A stretch of DNA of 64,000 bases, from contig NIVC01001280.1 in assembly GCA_002269645.1 (NCBI GenBank), positions 256,934 through 320,933 on the forward strand, written 5' to 3'. Positions 59,701-64,000 of this stretch are shown here, piece after piece. Source of the DNA: Macrostomum lignano (Eukaryota). The position numbers and the translations under genes were made by a program. Each line of letters begins with the position of its first letter. Positions within the stretch are counted from its first letter, which is position 1. The notes beneath the pieces are model-generated. The model saw only the letters and a list, made by a program, of their open reading frames with translations, was not told the origin of the DNA and ran no database searches.

Positions 59701-62700
59701 AACTGACATTCATCAAAATCCCCTCCGAGAAACAGAAATTCTCTCCATTAAACTGGACTGAATCGAAATTTTCTCCGTAAAAAAGAATCAACTCTCAGGA
59801 TTTAGTGGTTAGGGTTAGGGTTAGGGTTAGGGTTAGAGCTACAACGCAGCAGCGTGTTGAACCAATTGAATTAATTGAATGCGCAACCGATTTCACAGTC
59901 AGTCAGTATCAGTCTCGGTAAAAGTTAACAAAAAGATTGCGCAAACTAAATCAACCCTCCAATACACAGCGACTGACCCCCTTCCAATACGCAGTGGCAA
60001 TTAAAAGTTGAACCCCCCCCCTCCCACAACTGTTGGGGGGTTGGTCGAACCCCCATTGAACTCCAAAATGAGTACACTGCCGAAAGTTAAAAGTATGGAA
60101 ATCGTTTTTTAAATGCTGTGTTTTTGTTTTCACATTTAAAGCAAACAACTTATATCCCCGAACTCAGTATTGCAAGATCTTTCCAGTAATATAAGTCTCT
60201 CCTCTGAAAGTTTAAAACTCGAGGAACAGTTAGCGCTTGAAATTTCCTGATTTAAAGCATTAAAGTATCGAGTGTACGTTCACAGCCTGCTAAAGAGGCT
60301 CGCAAGTTTATTCATTAAATTTTACTGCCCAGCAAATACACATGGCTGCCTATTGAATGCCGCCGATAATAAAACCAATTAAATCTCGACACAGTCCTAG
60401 CTATCTCCTTACACTGTACAACTGCTATGTACACTCAGCCCAAGCCCAACCCCCTCCCATTCCGGGGGAATCGTTAAATTTAATTGAACCCCCAACACGC
60501 GGGGGGGGTTATTTGCATTGAACGCGTAACACGCGCACCCACCACCCCTCAATACACAGCGGCCCGCGGCGGAGGTTGGGGTGGCTATTTTTACAAACTG
60601 GCTGCAGCCCCAGTCAGAGTGGCCAAAGAAGGTTATTGAGGGTTAAAAAAACAGTTTTCTGCTTTTTTAGGGATCTTAAAATGTAAAAATGAAAGATTAA
60701 AATAGCTATAAACCCAATCCGGAAAATTTGCAGTTTTCCCATATAAGTTTCAACGCTGACTTGCCAGTAGTCTAGGAGAAAAATTGCAACACACACACAA
60801 TCATCGCACCAGTTTTAGTATTAACGAGTGGAACTCCTCCTTCGGAGGAGAAAGGGGAAGAACTCCCATCACCGGAATTCCATTCCCTGAAATATCCATC
60901 AACTGAAATTGCATGTCTTCAACCCTATCTTCCAAATCGTCTCCAAATTCTTTACAAAACCTTTCAAAGACAATAGCTCAAAGACTCTCACGTCTCTCAT
61001 ATCTCCTCTCTCCTCTCTGCTATTATCGTGACTCTCTTCTCTCTCCTCTCTCTCATCTCTACCCCACTCCCTTATTTATCTCTTCTCCTCGTCTTTCGTC
61101 TGTACCCTCTCCTGTCTCGTGTCTCCTCTCTTCTCTTTTATCTCTCCCTCTTCTCTCCTCTCATATCTTATCTCTACTCACTTATCTATCGTCTCTCTAA
61201 ACCCTCTCTCTCTCTTCTCTTTCATTCTTCTCTTTACCTCTTCTCTGACTGGTTGAAGATGCCAAATCCATCAAGATCCTCTCCGCGAAGCAGAAAAATC
61301 CTGTCCGTACAACTGAAAACCATCGAAATCCTCTCCGTGAAACTGGACTCCTTCGAAATCCTCTCACGAAACAGAAATCCTCTCTGTTAAAATTAAACAT
61401 TGAAATCGTCTCGCTATACTGACTCAATCGAATTTTTTCCGTCAAACACTCAACTCTCCGGATTCATTGGTTAGGGTTAGGGTTAGGGTTAGGGTTAGAA
61501 CTACGCACAGCTTCGTGTTAAATGGCACTGATAAAAATATTGAACTAATTGAATCAATTCATTGCGCAACCGATTTCACAGTCAGTCAGTATCAGTCTCA
61601 GTTAAAGTTATTAAAAACATTGCGCAATCTAAATCAACCCTCCAACACACGCAGCAGCACTGAAAGTTGAACCCTCCCCCCAACTTTATCTATTACGTCT
61701 CGCCAAAACTGAGTACAATTTGCAGAAAGTAAAAGTATGAAATAGTTTTTTAAATGCTGTGCTTTTCTTTTCAATTTAAAGCAAACAACTTATATCCTCG
61801 AACTCAGTGTTGCAAGATCTTTTCAGCAGTATAAGTCTCTTCTCTTAAAGTTTAGAACTCGAAGAGCAGTTAGCGTTTTAAAGTTCCCGTTTTAAAGCAT
61901 TGAAACATCGAGTGTACGTTCACTGCCTACCAAAGAGGCTCGCAAGTTTATTCATTCATTACACAGGCCGGCTACTACACAGGGCAGCCTATTGAAAGGC
62001 ACAAATAATAAAACAAATTGATGGCGCAACCGATTTCACAGTCAGTCAGAATCAGTCTCAGTTAAAGTTAACAAAAAGATTGCGCAATCTAAATCAGCCG
62101 TCCAATACACAGCGCCCGACCCACAATTGAATTGGCAATTGAACCCCCCCCAAATTTATCTCTGACCTATCGCAAAAATAAGTACAATCTTTGCAAAAAG
62201 TTAAAAGTATGAAATCGTTTTTTTAAATGCTGTGCTTTTAGTTTTAATATTTAAAGAGAAACTTATATCCCCGAACTCAGCGTTGCAAGCTCTTTCCAGC
62301 AATATAACTCTCTCTCAAAGTTCAAAAATCTAAGGCAACAGTTTAGCATTTAAAAATTTCTGATCTAAAGCATTGACATATCGAGTGTACGTTCACTGCC
62401 TGCTAAAGAGGCCCGCAAGTTGATGAATTGAATTTTAAGGTTCAACAAAATCACAGGGCTGCCTATTGAAAATTAGAACACAAATCCTTGTGCAATTATC
62501 TATAAAGTCAGCCGGTGAGCCAGGGTCCGATTGTACACATGCAGCCATTTAGGACACCCCATCCCCCACTGGAGAGTAAATACACTGCAGAGATAGGGAA
62601 AAGTTGTGGCGCAATCACTAAAAATTCATGCATTTTTCAGCTCCGAGCAGAAAGAGGAACAAATCAAAGATTCAAGTTTTCTGCTTTCTTTGAGGATCTT

Positions 62701-64000
62701 AGAAATTAAAATTTCAGAATTAAAATAGCCTATAGCCGACCTCGGATAATTTCCAATCTTCCATATAAGTTTCAACGCTGAGTTGGCACTATTCAAGGAG
62801 GAGTTGTCGAAATGACAGACACACAGACATACAGACAAACAACGCGTAACTTTGTATATATAGACGAGTGGAACTCTCCTTCGGAGGAGAAAGGGGAAGA
62901 ACTCCCATCACCGGAATTCCATTCCTGAAATATCCATCAACTGAAATTCCAAGTTTGAACCCTATCTTCCAAATCGTCTCCAAATTCTTTAGAAAACCTT
63001 TCAAAGACCATAGCTCAAAGACTCTCACGTCTCTCATATTACTCTCTCCACTCTGTGCTATTATCGTGACTCTCTTCTCTCTCCTCTCTCTCATCTCATC
63101 TCTACCCGTACTCCCTTATTTATGTTTTCTCCCTCGTCTTTCGTCTGTACCTCTCCTGTCTCTTGTCTCCTCTCTTCTCTCATATCTCTCCTTTTCACTT
63201 CTGTCTCCTGTCTTCTCTCTTCTCTCTTATCTCTCCCTCTTCTTCCTCTTTTATATGTCATCCCTATTCACTTATCTATCGTCTCTCTTAACCCTCTCTC
63301 TCTTCTCTTTCTTTCCTCTCTGCTCTCATTTCTCATATCTCATATCGCTCTCACACTCCACTTACTTGTCTCCAATCTTTCTTTCTCCTTTCCACTTTCC
63401 CTGTCTCTTCTCTTCTCTCTTTCTATCCTCTCCATTCTCTCTTTTCTCCTCCCCTTGCTCCTTTATCTTTCTCCCTCTCTCTCTAATCTCTTCTCTCTTC
63501 TCTCTTATGTTCTCACTCATCTCTTTTCATCGCATCTCTCATCTCTCCTCCTCACTACTTTCCTCTCTTAACTCTCTTATCTATTTCATCTCTCTCCTCT
63601 CTCCCTTTCTCTTCTCCTCTCCTTCTTCTCTCGCTTCTCTCTCCTATCTCCTCTCATCTCTACTACCGTATTTATATCTTCTAACTGGTCCTTCGTCTCT
63701 ACTCTCTCCTTTCTCCTTTCTCCCTCTTTTCTCCTTCTTGTCTCTCCTGTCTCCCCTCCTCTCTCATCCCTCATCCCTCATCTCACTCTTTCTTTCTCCT
63801 CTACTCTCCCCTCTCTTCTATTTTCTCTGTACGCTCTTATCCCTAATCTATTTTCTCTCCTCTCTCCTCTTTTCTTCTCTCTCCTCTTCGTTCCCGCCTA
63901 AATCCCCTCTTCTCTCCAATCTGTCATGTCTAATATCTCCACTTATTTCTACTTTTCTATCATCTCATCTCTCTTCTGCTTTCATTCTTCTCTTTACTCT
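47738..64000 (-). mobile_element. Head-to-tail tandem array of non-autonomous Helitron-like elements, two families
   Basis: Units in plus-strand coordinates: B 47738-49308, B 49309-50944, A 50945-53147, A 53148-56185, A 56186-~58965, partial A ~58970-59373, B 59374-60824, A 60825-62864, A 62865-end. On the minus strand each starts TCTATATATAC (A) or TCTTAATAC (B), sometimes eroded, followed by (TGTC)n, and ends with the hairpin CTCCTCC-NNN-GGAGGAG then 5 nt then CTCG. Family A carries 0.3-1.3-kb CT-rich blocks. Confidence 0.78.
48284..48313 (+). repeat. Interstitial telomere-type (GGTTAG)5 tract, one of seven
   Basis: The other tracts are at 49570-49593, 52132-52149, 54676-54699, 58005-58028, 59807-59836 and 61469-61498. 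Each is preceded by GGATTCATT-like sequence and followed by AGCT or AACT. Confidence 0.95.

Noticed and set aside
48284-61498. True chromosome end or telomere fusion site
   Set aside because: The tracts are only 3-5 units long, all in one orientation and embedded in a repeated unit. There is no long array and no head-to-head junction.
50904-64000. Long Leu/Ser-rich ORFs that look like membrane proteins
   Set aside because: They are translations of CT-rich low-complexity blocks repeated in each Helitron unit, with frames that differ between copies.
1-64000. tRNA, rRNA, snRNA or spliced-leader RNA genes
   Set aside because: I recognised no cloverleaf, A/B-box pair, rRNA signature or Sm-site RNA by eye. 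A covariance-model search (Infernal or tRNAscan-SE) would be needed to exclude them.

Overview
Eukaryotic (animal) genomic DNA, very transposon-rich. Spliceosomal introns, long coding exons, TTAGGG tracts and an RTE element with a (TTG)n tail would fit a flatworm such as Macrostomum, but that species guess is inference only. There are five host genes: CLPTM1 (2 exons, +), ATP5MK/USMG5 (+), an intronless LanC-like gene (+), a SAXO/FAM154 axonemal microtubule-stabilizer gene (4 exons, -) and the first four exons of RPGRIP1L (+), which carry one frameshift and lack the 3' half. They sit among nested mobile elements whose ends and target-site duplications (TSDs) can mostly be read directly: a near-complete THAP/P-element inside an RNase H-bearing LINE, an internally deleted P derivative that keeps an intact THAP-only ORF, three P-type MITEs, two hAT MITEs, two related solo LTRs, a 9-bp-TSD foldback, two Tc1/IS630-like relics, four Crypton tyrosine-recombinase fragments and an RTE copy with a clean twin-priming 5' inversion. 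The last ~16 kb (47738-64000) is a head-to-tail concatemer of two non-autonomous Helitron-like families on the minus strand. Its junctions read 3'-CTCG|TC-5', its units share a 7-bp-stem hairpin, and all seven complete units carry one (TTAGGG)3-5 tract. The most promising candidates for an undescribed system are this Helitron/telomere-repeat array and a complete P-element regulatory set (transposase with a stop-containing intron, a KP-like THAP protein, and MITEs).
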